The notes under the pieces are model-generated. The model saw nothing but the letters and a program-made list of their open reading frames with translations. It was not told where the DNA came from and searched no databases. Made by a program: the position numbers and the translations under genes. From the NCBI GenBank assembly GCA_024137785.1, contig JAHRHZ010000140.1:31684071-31748070 (forward strand): 64,000 bases of DNA. The letters run 5' to 3'. The stretch comes from Ginglymostoma cirratum. Its lineage: Eukaryota. Shown here in pieces: positions 47,371 to 60,830 of the stretch (its first letter is position 1; each line of letters starts with the position of its first letter).

Positions 47371-50300
47371 AAAGTACAGTGGTAGTGTATAGTGCTTCAA
47401 ATAGTATCTCCCCTCTGTGTAAAGGAGCTCTCAATTTAAATCTTTTCAAAAAGGCTTCTAAAAGAATTGTGCAGAAATGAGGAACACTGAACGTCATAAT
47501 CTGCCAGCCTGAGCTGCAACTAAGTGGACGGGATTTAGGTAACTGCATTGAATTATTTGACAACCTCCTTTCACACAGTTTAAAACTGTGACTTTACAGG
47601 TGTGCATTGCACAGTGCTGAATAGTTCAGCCACTGCACTGGGATCTTTTCATTCTTAGCATTTAAGGAACCAGTGTTGCCCATGTGGCTGGATCTTCTTA
47701 ATATCAATAATTGCTTTACTTACCTAACTCTTCCCTTTTTAATAGTTAGTGGTTGTGCTTTAGGAACTGCTGCTTTGCCAGATTTTTCCATCCCCAACAT
47801 TCTAATGGGAGTTTCCCCTTGCTTGCAACCTACTCAAATTTGAGAGAAGCTCATTGGTAATTTTGGCTTTACCAACCGTCTATACTGCTAGTTCACAACA
47901 GGGCAACACAATACGAGTATTTCCATGGACAGATGTTCAGGCCATAGGGCAGATTCTTCAGTCAGCTGTGTTCAAAATGGATAACTAGCCCAATTTGATT
48001 ACGGGTTTATCTTGTTGTCAATTGTGAAGTATAAATTTTGCATATATCACTGACTCTAAACCAGCGGAAGAACACCATGAAAGATTACTCCATTTAACGT
48101 TTCTCACTTCACTATGTAGAATTAGGCCTGTAAAACCTTTCTGCAAAATTATAATACCCAGATGTAAATGACTACAAACATTTTATGTTGTGTAATCTGG
48201 CTTATAATTTTAGTCGAAAACCAATCTTAAATTCTATGATTGCTTTTTAACACATTAAACAATGCTTAGTTTTAAATGTGGATTTGTACCGTAGTCTTTT
48301 AGACTAATAATATTATATTGAATATGGCAGCGTTGAAACCATCTTAAACCCTTCTACAGCTATGCCTTAATGCATTTCTGCAATTGTTAATGGCTCATCC
48401 TAGAGAACATGTATTAAGGTAAAAAAAAATTAGAAGCTTCTAATTCAAAATAAATCTACTTAGATGACCTTTCTTCACTTATAATGTATTTTATATTTTT
48501 AAAAGCAGATGCATTGAACTGTAGTATTATTTTCTTTAAATTGAGTTTCAGAATAGTCAAGATAAAATGAAACTTGCTGGCAGTATCACTGCAGACTGAA
48601 TACAGTACATGGTTTTAGTCATTGTGGATTATTAGAAACTCATTTTAAATAGCTTTTAACATTAAATATAATGCATATAAGTTAATGTCTTACTCATTTA
48701 AGTAGGATGATGATATAAAGGTTCAACTGCCAACAGTTGCCTTCCAGGCAAGAGTAGAAGTAGATATAATAGTCTTTCAGCACTTGCCTATCACTGTACA
48801 AAGTGTTTGCACAACAATTGATCACTGAAAGCAATTACCTTGCAATCATTACTTTTTTTAAGAGAAAAATTGCTTCAATTTATCAACCAATTATTAAATT
48901 TTTCAAAAGTGGTCACCCTTGATCTGAATTTACAGCTATAGTAATAGTATAATCCCTGTACATTATCTTGTGGTTGACAAAGATTTTATGTTTGAAATGA
49001 AACTGAGTGTGCTATAACGTTTCCCTGTAATGGTGGATATGAAAACCATTAATAATCTATGATTTTGTTTCACTGTCATTTGATGTGTAAATGTTAAGCA
49101 ATTGTAAGTGAATTACATGTTTTTAAGGCTCAGTTACTATTGCAGCTATCCCACTGAATATTTATATGAAATAGTAAGAAACATGGAACTCATCGGAAGG
49201 ATGAAACACATATTTACTTGTATAAATAGTATCTGCTAGAAAAACTTTATTGTCACTTTGGCAGTGGAAACAATAATGAGTTAATTGGCGTCTACCTACT
49301 AAAGACTGTGTTTCTAAGACAGAAACCTATCTTCTGATCCTGTTTGCATTAATTGTATACTTAATCCTGTTCAATTAAATATGCTTTTTTTAATTGAATT
49401 TAATATACTGTATTATAGCCACATTAGCTATGGAGAAGTCGCATTGTTTTTCAAAAGCTGCTTTGTTTCACCTCTCTTAAGGTTGAACATTAAATTGTTT
49501 GTTTCTCAATTACAAATTCTTTCAACATTTCATTTTGTTTATTATGAGATATAACTTAATTGTTAGATAATCACAATACAAATTCTTTAATTGAATGAGG
49601 TCCAGCTTCCTCTTCCCATTCATTTATATAATTCAAGTGTTTCACTAAATTTACACATTAGACAAGAATATTGTTGAAATGTACAACAGATACATTTCCT
49701 ATGTAGTTTGCTTGGAGACAGAGAAATCTTATAAAAGCCAGAGATACTGCTGTAGCAGTACTTAAGTGGCTAATCCACATGACCTCTGACCTTCACAGTG
49801 TCATGTGACTATAGATTTTCAATACTCCTAGGATCTGTATCACCCATAACATGTTTTGCACTACATTTAGAACCTCTATCGGAAGAATTCCTAAGTACTT
49901 ATGCATTAAGATGATAAATATCAAAAAAAAAAGGAGACTGGGGTTTATGTATTTATTCTTTGCACAGTGCATGTTCCTTGATGAAAAAGGAATTGACAAA
50001 AATGTACAAGCTAACATAAATTTAAAGACGTGCTCCACTATATGCAATCAATGGCAAGAAAAAAAGTGTATGTAATGCATATTTATTGGTTCTCTTTTTT
50101 AGGTGACAATATGGTACTCTTCAAAGATATGGCAGTACTTGTACTTGGCATACGTTGTCTATAAATTTAAATACAAAAATAAAGTGTCCCTGCATATTTT
50201 AAAGTAACTATCTCAAACTTTTTGATGAATGTTTTTGATGAATGATGAACAAGAGTTGAACTGCATAATCTAAGATTCACAATCCCCAAATAAAAAGGTC

Positions 50301-51274
50301 CATATATAACAGATCACTATGGGAGACAGTGATCAACCTCTTCTGAATTGCTGGGGGTATTGCCAAAGATAATCCATTTCCAGTTTAGCTGCCACATAAA
50401 TTAAACTATCAACAGGCTAACCATTTCCTTTCTTCCTCATGTGCCAATGTTAGAGAAGTACTGGCAAGCTTAAGCTCAGTCTTGAATTGTAAACCTACGC
50501 GGAGTTAAGATCACCCATGCTTTGGTCTGTATGCTGATAAATTGAATCATAATTGAATTAACCAACCTGTAAGTTTAGCTCATATTGATGTCATGGATCA
50601 TCTGTACTCAGGATTTGTGCCAGTCTAAACTAACATTTTCTTAAGGTCACAATTTCATCCAGGATTTTGCCTTTGTGCTATTCATCAGAAAGCTCCAAAG
50701 TGGTCCACTGAATGGTGCAATGTGATTCTGCCTAAATAATTCTCTATTTTGTCGGCTCATAATTGATCCATATCCATTTCACAGGACACCTTTTTTCGAG
50801 AGCAGTAAATTTTATACTATGGAACACAAACCTTATGTCAGCATAGTCAGTTATCAATTTGTGATCAAAAGTTTCCTCTCAGGGATACAAAATAAAGCCA
50901 TAAGTATGCTAGTTTAAATAGATCTCATTATGGAAGAGACTTGCCTTTAAAGTAAATTCTGTTGCATTATCATATTGGAAACCAAGAAAAACACAGTGGC
51001 AACACCACAGAATTTGCACGTTATCTACATCCCGTAACTGGGCAGACTGACAGAGACAAGTGAAATAGTACATCTGTCAAAGGTTTTAGTGAAAAGGAGT
51101 ATTATGCATATAACTTCAGTAATTGCCTACTAATATATCTACTACAGTAGAGAACTGAATGGTTAGCAGACTGCTCAGACCTTTGGGATCTGAATTTGAA
51201 CATAGGCCAGGTTGACCAGATAAAAAAAAATTAATTCTTCGTTGGCTGCAACAATCCTATGCAAAATGATTTAG

Positions 51275-52640
51275 ACTCATGGAATGATTAGAGCACAGAA
51301 GGTGATCATTTGGTCCACCTTGTCTGTGCCAACTCTTTGCAAGAACAAACCAAATAGTCCCACTCCCCTGCTTTCTCCCTACAGTACAGCATTCCTTTTT
51401 CCTCTTGGGGCCACACTAGTGTTCCATGAATGTTTAGCATGACAGGCTTATTTTTATGACCTTTGCCTCTATATGACAAATCTTAGGTTCCCATATATCT
51501 TATTACCTTATTTTTCAACCTGTCTTGCCACCTTCAGTGATTTGCACACTTGTAACTTCTGCACCCATTGACAATTTTATGTTTTGTTTTGTAGTGCCTT
51601 TCCACAGTCTTCCTACCCAAATGTATCAGTTCATACATTTTTCACATTAAATTTTATGTGATAGTTATTTGTCCATTCTACAAGCCTGTATAAGTCTTCT
51701 TAAAATTTATCACTGTCCTTTCCATGGGTCACCTCTGTAATACCAAGCCCTGGGGAACCCCACAAAATATTTTCCTCCAGTCCGTAAAGTAACTGCGCAC
51801 TACTATTCTGGTTCTTGCCTCTCAGTCAACTTTGTATTCATGCTGCAAATGTCTTATTCCGTTCCATGTTTTAATAATATTTATGACGGACTTTATCAAA
51901 CACGTTTTGGAAGTCCAAGTCCACAACATAAACCAAATTTTATTCATTCCCATCACCTCATTCAGAGTCTCAACAAAATTAGTTCAATATAATTTGCTTT
52001 TAGCAAACCTATTCTTTCTTGTCTTACTTCATGTAGATTTGTCCAAGTGTTAATTTTGTCCCAAATTTTCATTTTCTCAAAAGTTTCCAACCACCACCAT
52101 TATTAAACTGGCTTGTAAATTTTGAATATGAGTATAACATTTGTACTTCTCTAGACCCCTGACATCCACCTTTATCTAAGGAGGGTTGGAGGATTATAGT
52201 CAATACCAGAACAATTACTTCCTCACTTTCCCTTCACAGGTACATTTGATCTATTCGTAGATACATTTGATCAGGAATTGGAAACTTATCAAATTTAAGT
52301 ATAGCCAACCTTACTAATACCATCCCTTTGTCAACTTCAAACCATCAATTATTTGAACTGACTCCCCTTTTACTCTGACTTTGAAAGCATCTTTTTCCTT
52401 GTACAGGAAAGTGTAAAGTACTCATTTATTACCTCAGCCATGCTCTCTACCTCCATGCATAAATTGCCTTTCAGTCTCTAATCAGCACAACTCCTCCTTT
52501 CACCACACTTTAAATATTTATAAAACACCTTTGGATTCCCCATTTTGGTCCCCTGTTTCTTCTCATACCTTTCTTTGCCTCTCATTTTTTTTATTTGCTT
52601 TCTGAACTGAGTATAATAAGCTTGGTTCCTACTTATATTA
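51275..52640 (-). mobile_element. Old CR1 LINE with internal deletions
   Basis: 3' tail catggaat...agcacagaaggtgatcatttggtcc. RT remnants include ctttatcaaacacgttttggaagtccaag. ORF 52478(-) contains KMGNPKVFYKYLK. Confidence 0.75.
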
Positions 52641-53079
52641 TTAGTCAGACTTTGAGGCAGTTTCAGTCCTTGTTCTGGTGAGCAATAGGCCATTGCACAA
52701 ATTGACACAATGAGTAGAAATTGACAGTTTGAAGGAAACTATATTCAGGGTTTCTGTACAGATGATATAAAACAGAATAATACTGCTATCCATCGAATGT
52801 TGCAAAAAATTGAAAATGTTTTGTATTACAGTCGGTGTATGTTTTTTGGAACAGTGTCCCTTTAAGAGGTGATCATGTAGCACTGATGAGTCATCAGACA
52901 GTGCTCTCAGGTTTATTCAGACTTGTTTGAACTTCTGCAGAGTGCACAGTTTTGGAATAAAACCTCCTTGTTGTGTATCATGACAAATTTATATGTTATT
53001 TAGACTAGAGCCTAGAAACTGCCCAGTGCAGAACAGGAGAATAGTGTCATATTTTAGAAAGGATTGTTTGTTGGACAAG

Positions 53080-53480
53080 GAAAGTGTAGTAGTCCAAACC
53101 AAAACTATTATCCTAAATTTAAACAAAGAAAACTATGAAGGCACGAGGAATGCAATGGTTGTGAGAGACAGGATAATTTCATTAAAATGCGTGACAACAG
53201 ATAGGCGATCATTCACATTTAAGGAGAAATGCATGTGTTGTTATGGTTATATGTTCCTTTGGGGTTAAAAAACACAACATTGAGAGCAGTTTAGAACTGA
53301 GTAAAAGAGAAGCAAAAGGTTGATTAAAAGGGGAGAAATAGAGAATGAGAGTAAACATGAAAAGATAAAAGTGGACTGTAAGAGCTTCTAAGTTTAAAAA
53401 AAAGAGTAGGATCCATATAGTCTAAAACAGGAGGCTTGATAATGGATAATAAGAAATGGCAGAGCAATTAAACAATCATT
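53080..53480 (+). mobile_element. CR1 endonuclease-RT linker fragment
   Basis: ILNLNKENYEG.R (CR1 LNF.KANY..MR) and gagaaatagagaatgagagtaaac...gactgtaagagcttc. Confidence 0.65.
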
Positions 53481-54924
53481 AACATGTGAGGGAGCTCCAT
53501 TCATGGGCAGTGAGTCTGCCTAACCCATTCTATGGCTACCAGCATCACTGCACCCTCATGGGAAATCTCCAAAGCATTTTCAAGATGATCCTGCATGTCA
53601 GTCCTATACTTTGAAGTGCATTGGTACATTTCATTGTAATGTCACTGCTTGGTAACTTTGCACTCATGGACAGGCATCCATTTATTGGAGTGAATCATGG
53701 TATATCACAGGGTTCCTCGTTTGCTTTCTTAGCATTCACCCACTTTGCTGGTGCATTCTCAGAGAAATCTGTGGCTTCTTCCTCAAAGGTGGAGAACAAG
53801 AGTCTTGCAGGGGTCCTCACTCGGCCACTAAGACCATAGAAGTGTTACTGTCCCTGCTGTTTCCTGCAGGTAAAAGTATGTTGTGATTAAGTTCAGACAT
53901 ATTGAGAGTACAAATACAGTGGTAATGGGAGCAACTGGCAATGCTTTTTTTATCCAGTTGCCAAGACATGGATGATTCAACATTACCACATGAGCAGCCT
54001 CAGTCCTCACTGGCCAGGCCTACTTGTTGGAGATAAAGAAACAAGTGTTAGGCACATATAAGTCCTTGGCTCCCTCCGCTCTTTTATAGGTCATTTTTTT
54101 CCTAGAACGAGACAACAAAGAGGATTGCGTGAGAAGTAAGTGTCTAGTACAGCTATCGGTGTTAGTGCAGATGAGAGATATCTGTCCCAAATGAGCGAAT
54201 AGGCAGCACAGAGGGCATGCAGCATTAGTAGTCTGAAAGGCGGGTGAATGAGAATCAGTGAAGGAAGATTTTGCATTCAATGACAGTGTTACACAATGAA
54301 TTTTTGGTAGCAAAGAAGCTCATTAACCTTCCTGTATTGCTAAATATCTCTCCAGATTATGGAGACTGCACTCATCTGGGTGCAACCCAGGATCAGGCTG
54401 GCAGGGTCCGGTCTTGTAGCTACCTCTGCCAGCCAAGGGAAAACAAGTCAGCCCTACTCTGTGTGACCCATTGGCAAGAGCCTCAAAATCCCTGTCCACA
54501 AAGCAGGGTGCCAATTTTCCCTTGTTCACTTTGTCCAGGGTAAACAATGCAAATTGTGCAGGACAGTTCTAGACTGATGGCTTGACAATAGTGCATAATT
54601 GTAGCACTAGCTCGAAGAGGGCTGGAATATCCAGACATAGCTAATACTTTTGTCCATGGCAAGTGGAAATTTATTACGAGTGGGGCACCATGGAGATGTA
54701 GTGCACAGATAATTAGGTGGGGTTTGGGCCAAAAGCATAAGAAAATTTGGCCTCATGAGGAGAAACCCTCCACAAAACTCGCAAAAAATCATGTTTCTAA
54801 TACAACCATCATTTTTATGAATATTACCAGCCCATTCAAATTAGACATTTGGGCTTCTTCTGGTCAGCTTCATGCCTCAAAAATTCTATGCATTTCCTTG
54901 GCAGAAACGACCCAACAAACACAA

Positions 54925-55055
54925 AGATAAATACAAAATACCACAAATGCTGGAAAATGGATATAAAAACAAAAAAAAATGCTCAGCCAGTCAGGCAACA
55001 TCTGTAGAGAAACAAATGTAATTAATTCTCCAGATTTATGACCTTTTATCAGAAC
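54925..55055 (-). mobile_element. Degenerate hammerhead-family mini-element
   Basis: aaatgctggaaa...gctcagccagtcaggcaacatctgtagagaaac...atgaccttttatcagaac (minus strand GTTCTGATAAAAGGTCAT). Confidence 0.6.
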
Positions 55056-55904
55056 ATTGCCCAAGTAGATAAGGAGCTTGTTTCATCTAGTCACCCTACC
55101 AAATAGGCAAACTTTTTCACTATTGGATATCATGTTGGCTTATTTGTAATATGGCCTTCCAGGCTTCATTGAGTGTTTCAGAATGGTCAGCAGCACCTCA
55201 TAATTCTCATTCCTTAACTTTTTCAACCACATAGCGTGAAAACTAATCAAGGGTGAAGATTTATTTGTTTTTGATGAATAATGAGCTATGATATCATCAT
55301 TGATTAGTCGTTAAACATGTACGACTTTGTGTTTCTGTGCCATTGTACAATTTATCATGCAGACAGTCAGTTGTAACTTAATTCCCGATTGGATAATTTA
55401 CAGTTGTATGCTGCCTGCCGAAGTTTGCTTCCTGTATTTTCCATACTGAGTGTGTGATATGGAAATGCTGATGTCAGACTAGGGTGGACAAGGTCAAAAC
55501 TTACACAACACCAGGTTGTAGTCCAATAGGTTTATTTGAAAACGCAAGCTTTTGGAGCTTAGGTCCTTCCGCAGGCATAGTGTGAGAGAGAGAGTAGAAG
55601 ACACAGAATTTATAAGCAGAAGGGTAACAACCCTAAAACTGGCTGACTCTTGTTGAATCTTTGATCAGTTAGGAAGGAGATTACTGATTGAAATGCAAAA
55701 TCCAGATTCCTTTCACATCATTGTTCTGAAGTAATTGAAGGTTTTATCAATGTGTACAAGAGGAGACACCTCAGGTTGGACAATGCATTTTAGGTGTGAG
55801 GTCTTACTTAGAATATGTCTATGTTTTAAACTGGGGTCAGGTTTTTTTTTGAGCAAAACAGAATGTATCTGCAACAACACAAACATCTTGGATAAAATAA
55901 TTCA

Positions 55905-56112
55905 TGTGTGTGTCTGTGTGTATACACGTGTGTGTTTCCATATCTGTGTGTGTGAGAGAAAAAGAGACAGAATGTGTGTGTGTGTGAGAGAGAGAGTGTG
56001 TGTTTGTGAGAGAGAGAGTGTGTGTGTGTGAGAGAGGGTATGTGTAAGTGTGCAAGTGTATGTGTGTGTTTGTGTTTCTTTATGTGAGAGAGTGTGTGTG
56101 TGTGTATGAGTG
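55905..56112. repeat. Compound (GT)n/(GA)n low-complexity tract within the Penelope 3' region
   Basis: Imperfect gtgtgt/gagaga arrays. They give rise to the HTHT and CVCV ORFs. Confidence 0.9.
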
Positions 56113-56937
56113 TAGGAGTATATAATGTGGCGGGGTCACCTATAGTACGACATGAACCCAACATCACGAATGAGGCCATCCTCATGGGTATGGAACTTGG
56201 CTATCAGCCTCTGCTAAGCTATTTTGTGTTGTTCTGTATCTTGAATTCCACTTTAGAGAATGCTTACCTGAAGATCGGAGGCTGAATGTCCTTGACCCCT
56301 GAAGTGTTACCCCACTAGGAGGGAACATCCCTGTCCGGTGATTGTTGTGCGGTGTTCATTAATCTGCTGTTGTAGTACCTGCAGGGACTTGCTAATATAC
56401 TATGCCTTGGTGCATCTGTGCCTGCAGCATATGAGATAGACAACATTGGCCAAGTCACATGAGTATCTGCCGTGTATGTGGTGGGTGGTGGCTCCACGTG
56501 TGGTGGTAGTGTCCATGTCGATGATCTGACATGTCTTGCAGAGGTTGCCATGGCAGGGTTATGTGGTGTTGTTGTCAATGTAATTCTGAAGGGTGGGTAG
56601 TTTGCTGTGACCAATGGACTGTTTAAGGTTTGGCGGTTGTTTGAAGGTGAGAAATGGAGGCTTGGGGGAGATCGTGGTGAGGAACTCATCGTCGTGGATA
56701 ATTTGTTAAAGGCTACAAAGAAAATGCATTGCCTGACCCGAGATGCCACCTCTTGTATACATTGATAAAACCTTTAATTATCTCAGGATAATGATTTGAA
56801 AGGAATCTGGATTTTGCATTTCAATCAGTAGTCTTCTTCCTAACTGATTAAAGGTTCAACAAAAGTCAGCCTGTTTTAGGGTTGTTACCTTTCCGCTTGT
56901 AAATTCTGTGTCTGATACCCTCTCTCACACACTAAAA

Positions 56938-56964
56938 CTGAGGAAGGAGCTGAGCTCCAAAAGC
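56938..56964 (+). ncRNA. Degenerate minimal hammerhead ribozyme core in the Penelope pLTR
   Basis: CTGAGGA-A-GGAGC-TGA-GCTCC-AAAAGC. GAAA has become AAAA, consistent with CpG decay. Confidence 0.6.
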
Positions 56965-57370
56965 TTGCATTTTCAAATAAACCTGTTGGACAAAAAACCT
57001 GGTGTCATGTGATTTTTGACCATGTCCACAGTTGGATAGTGAAAGAATTACCACTGGGTAGTTTGGATTATATAAATGCTGCATAGACATGGCAATATTT
57101 AAATAGATAGAAGGAAGCATCTATCACATTGAACCCCTAGTCATTTGACCACTGAGCTCATTTTCTTCTGTTTTTTTTGTGGCAGCTGCTAGAAGTATCT
57201 TTCTTAAAATAATTCACTTTGTTGCATGAGATGATAAGGATATGCTGATGTTAATGCTACTGTTCCATTCCTCCTGCCACCTTTACCCTCTGTGCCGAAC
57301 ACTTCAATATAAGACAAGTACCCAGAGAAGCAATTTGTTGCAGAAAAAATTGAAGTTAGATATAGTTCTT

Positions 57371-58069
57371 GGCAGATGCCTACAAAACAGACAACAAGAA
57401 GAGGACACTGTATGCCCTAACACACTGGCCAAACTGCCCTACATCAAGAACATATCAGAACTGACGAGACTCCTACGACCACTAGGAATCATGGTGGCAC
57501 ATAAGCCCACAGCCACTCTATAACAAACACTCACAATGACTAAAGACCCCATTCCCACAACATGCAGAACCAATCTGTTTACAAAATACCATGCAATGAC
57601 TGCCACAAGCATTACATCAGACAGTCAGGAAGGAAACTAGCCATCTGAACACATGAACGTCAGCCAGCAGCAAAACATCACAAAAAACTTTCCTTAATAT
57701 CAAGACACACGGACAATGAAGGCCTTCAGTTTAATTGGGACAATGTAACCATAGTAATCCAAGCCAAACATAGACACGCACAGGAATTCCTAGAGGCATG
57801 GTTCTCAACCCATAGTGCAATCAACAAACATATAGAGTTGGACTCCATACACAAACCCACACAGATCAAAACTGGAAATGACACTACTCACCATAACGGA
57901 CCGGACAGTATAAATTCCAAGCGGAGTAGAACAACATCGCTTCATTGGAGGCCACACTGATGATGTTACCTAGCATGGTGACGAAATGTCCGAACGAAAA
58001 CAAGCCAATTCGGAGAGCAAGTTAACAACCTCACCCACAACCCAGGCTACAAATATTTGCTAAAACTTT
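57371..58069 (+). mobile_element. Second Penelope-like element (different family), 5'-truncated, 11-bp TSD
   Basis: TSD ATATAGTTCTT at 57360-57370 and 58070-58080. Reads LPYIKNISE..RLLRPLGI.VAHKP..TL...KDPIP....N..YKIPCNDCHKHYIRQSGRKL...HE...FNWDN...EFLEAWFS...INKH (GIY-YIG). Confidence 0.92.
57957..57990 (+). ncRNA. Minimal hammerhead ribozyme motif in the Penelope 3' region
   Basis: CTGATGA-T-GTTACC-TAGCAT-GGTGAC-GAAA-TGTC: both core boxes intact, 6-bp stem II, GUC cleavage triplet. Confidence 0.75.
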
Positions 58070-58080
58070 ATATAGTTCTT

Positions 58081-58220
58081 AGCGCTAAAAGGATCAAACC
58101 TATGAGGAGGGAGCAGAAATAGAGTACTGAGTTGCATGATCAATTATGATCATATTGAAAGGCAGAGCAGGTTGAAGGGCAGAATTGCCTCCCCTGCTTT
58201 TTTTTTCTACATTTTGTATG
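58081..58220 (+). mobile_element. CR1 3' tail (host of the Penelope insertion; starts at about 57340)
   Basis: gctaaaaggatcaa...gtactgagttgcatgatcaattatgatcatattgaaaggcagagcagg..gaagggcagaattgcct. Confidence 0.8.
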
Positions 58221-60689
58221 AATTCAAAAGATTAGCAAGTAATTACAAAATATCACAGGAAGAGAACTTGGCTTATTTTTGGTATTGACAGCTTCTTAAC
58301 CATACGTTTTGTGCCCATGCTCTGGAGACCCCTTTCCAACACCCATTGCCTCTCCCCTTACCAAAAGAATAGTATTTTTTGGTGATGTTGTAGAATAGGT
58401 AATATTCGGTCTGCCACACAATGTACACATTGATATTCAATATGACCAATTCATAATGATATTCAAAGTGACCAATAATTGGAAGATGCTGGACGGCTGA
58501 TCCCACCTGGACATTTTACAATAACCTTCCATTGAAAACATGCTGATCTTTGGAACTTAATGAGTTAATGTAAGCCTACACTCAATATACCTGTTGAATT
58601 CTTCAGTAGCACATTACCAATGTCTAGTTTCTTATGTTATAAGAGATAACATAGGCATTGCTACACAAGATAAAACGGAGGCAAAATCCACATTAGAAAA
58701 GTTTACGTTAACCTGCTTTCACCCATTCCTTTCTTTGCCAGGAGTTCCACCCATGCTGTGGTATCGATGGATTTCAGGGTTCAAAACATACTTAGTCCTT
58801 TAAGGGATAGACCATCCAGATGTGATCTGTAACAAAGCTGATTGTCTGGGAGTAGAAGGTCAGCAAATATTCGAGAAGTTCATAAAAGACTATGTTTAAT
58901 ATGGTGGTAATTGCCCTCAGAAAATGCTTCCAGCCAAGGAGAAGTGTGATGGTTGAACAATATGCCGTTCATCAGAGTGCCAGAGAAATTATGATCCCCA
59001 CTAAACAATATGTGGCAGTGTCGCAGTAATTTGCTTCTACATATAAATCTGACACTAACTAATTTGTAAACAATTAATTACAATACGTCAATTCCACAAA
59101 TTTGGGCAAATCTCTCATGGAAGATAATGGTTTAAACTTGGAAGCAGTTACAACCATTGCAGACCACATTGAATCTGTGCTGTTCGATTAAAAGAGATTG
59201 TACAGAAATGCACTATCAGACTCAGGGCTGAACACATTGCTTGCCCACCTAGCTCAAGAGCAATGGATATAGACCTAAAGACCTCAGTGGGCTTATCAAA
59301 ATGCTCTCCATAGTGGTCAGACGTCCCCATATTTAAAGTGAAATTACTTTTCAGTAGCACGCAGGTCATTAACAAAGAGGACTTAGCAGTTCAACATAGG
59401 GAGGAGTCTCTCCCTTTTAGTCATTTTAAGGAACACTTATTTGAGATTGGGAGTATCTCAGTGTGACTTCTCATCAATACTTGTGCACAAGTATCTATAT
59501 TGAAAACAAACTTTCCCATCAGTATTTTTCACAACTTTCTCTGCCTCCTGACACAGCCATACATATTCACATACTTTGCAATTGACCAATTGAACACTGT
59601 AATGAGGATTTTTATCATTTAGTTTGATAGATAAATCAAGACAAGTTTGCTGACAAGGTGGATGTGCAGAATATTATTGCAACCTGCAGGTGGAACTTAC
59701 TCTCCTAGTTCACAGCTTCAACCCACGCTAATGCCTGGCTCCTTCTTGTAAAGGGTGATAACAGTGGAGTTCAATATCTGTTGAAAATCTCTCTGGTGTT
59801 AATGGGAGGTGTAATGAGAATGGCCTCTTACTGGTTGCCATGACATGCAGTCAATCCCAAGTGTCAACATGCAACCCATAATAGGATGACGGCAGGTGGA
59901 TCAGCCAGCAATTACACACTCCCTGAGGCTTTTACATGTACAGAGATGTACGACTGTGAGTGAAGGAAGACTTCTAGTTAAAGTCTGGTCTATAAAAAGC
60001 TCTCTGTCATCTCCTAAGCAGTGATGATAAACAACTATGGCACATTAACTGAGGGAACAGGATTTTTGAATGACGTGTGCCTTCTCCAGCCATGCCCAAC
60101 TTGCAAAGTCTTTTATGATATTATGATACTGAATCTCAATATATATGGTCACATAAACAGCACTTAATAACTTTGCCACTTTCATCTGCTGTCCCAGAGG
60201 ACTTTCAATAGTCTATCCCAAATTAGCCCACTCCACTCTCCACACCTGACTCAGCAACCCTTCCAATATTGCCCTTGTGTATTTTCTTGTGACCAATATT
60301 CAAATTTGTTCTCATACTGATTTGAAATATGGCTGGTCAACTAAACTGCTCTAGGCATTCAAATACTCTGGCAGCACACATTTTCCCACTCGATAAATGG
60401 ATGAGTGCTCAGTAGGTAAGACACTTACAACGTCTGGAACTAGCCATCATTATTTTTAAATTGATGCCAGTATCTTCAGTGTGGTCAACCGTAATGTGGT
60501 TGTCTGGAGAAGCCACACTTCCTGTGAGTATTGTGGCCAATTGGAAAATCTAATCTGCTTATTGGTGTATTTCAAACCTGAGTTACAGCTCCATCTGGTC
60601 AATTTGAATTGGCTAATGGTTGGAAACTAGAGTTGGAACAACGAGAGCTAGATTTGGATCAGAAATTGTATCAAAATAATCAATATGCT

Positions 60690-60830
60690 GCAGCACAGAA
60701 ATGTAAAAAAAAACAAGGTTATCGCAAAAGAGTAGGGTGTACATCTGATTGGAAAGCTCTTTCAAAGATCTTACACATGCTCAGTGGGCCGAATAACTTC
60801 CTTCTGTATCAGATGATTCTATGGTTCACT
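60690..60830 (+). mobile_element. CR1 3' tail fragment
   Basis: gattggaaagctctttcaaagatc...gggccgaataacttccttctgta...gattctatg. Confidence 0.6.

Larger units (their letters stand above)
55456..57029 (-). mobile_element. Penelope-like element: GIY-YIG remnant flanked by about 310-bp inverted pLTR copies
   Basis: 55484-55791 is the reverse complement of 56721-57029. The minus strand at about 56140-56580 reads PCHGNLCKTCQIID...RYSCDLANVVYLICCR..C..A*YISKS.Q.LQQQINEHR...HF...HS.SDL...AKF.TH..GL.RD. Confidence 0.9.

Noticed and set aside
55735-56185. ORFs rich in CVCV/HTHT
   Set aside because: Translations of the GT/GA microsatellite inside a Penelope element.
56315-56749. Longest ORF (144 aa, - strand)
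   Set aside because: Off-frame reading of the Penelope GIY-YIG region; the true frame is broken by stops.
59640-60600. Possible third Harbinger transposase remnant (minus strand LGIDCMS, similar to GAIDCTH)
   Set aside because: Only one short motif; cannot be supported without a profile search.
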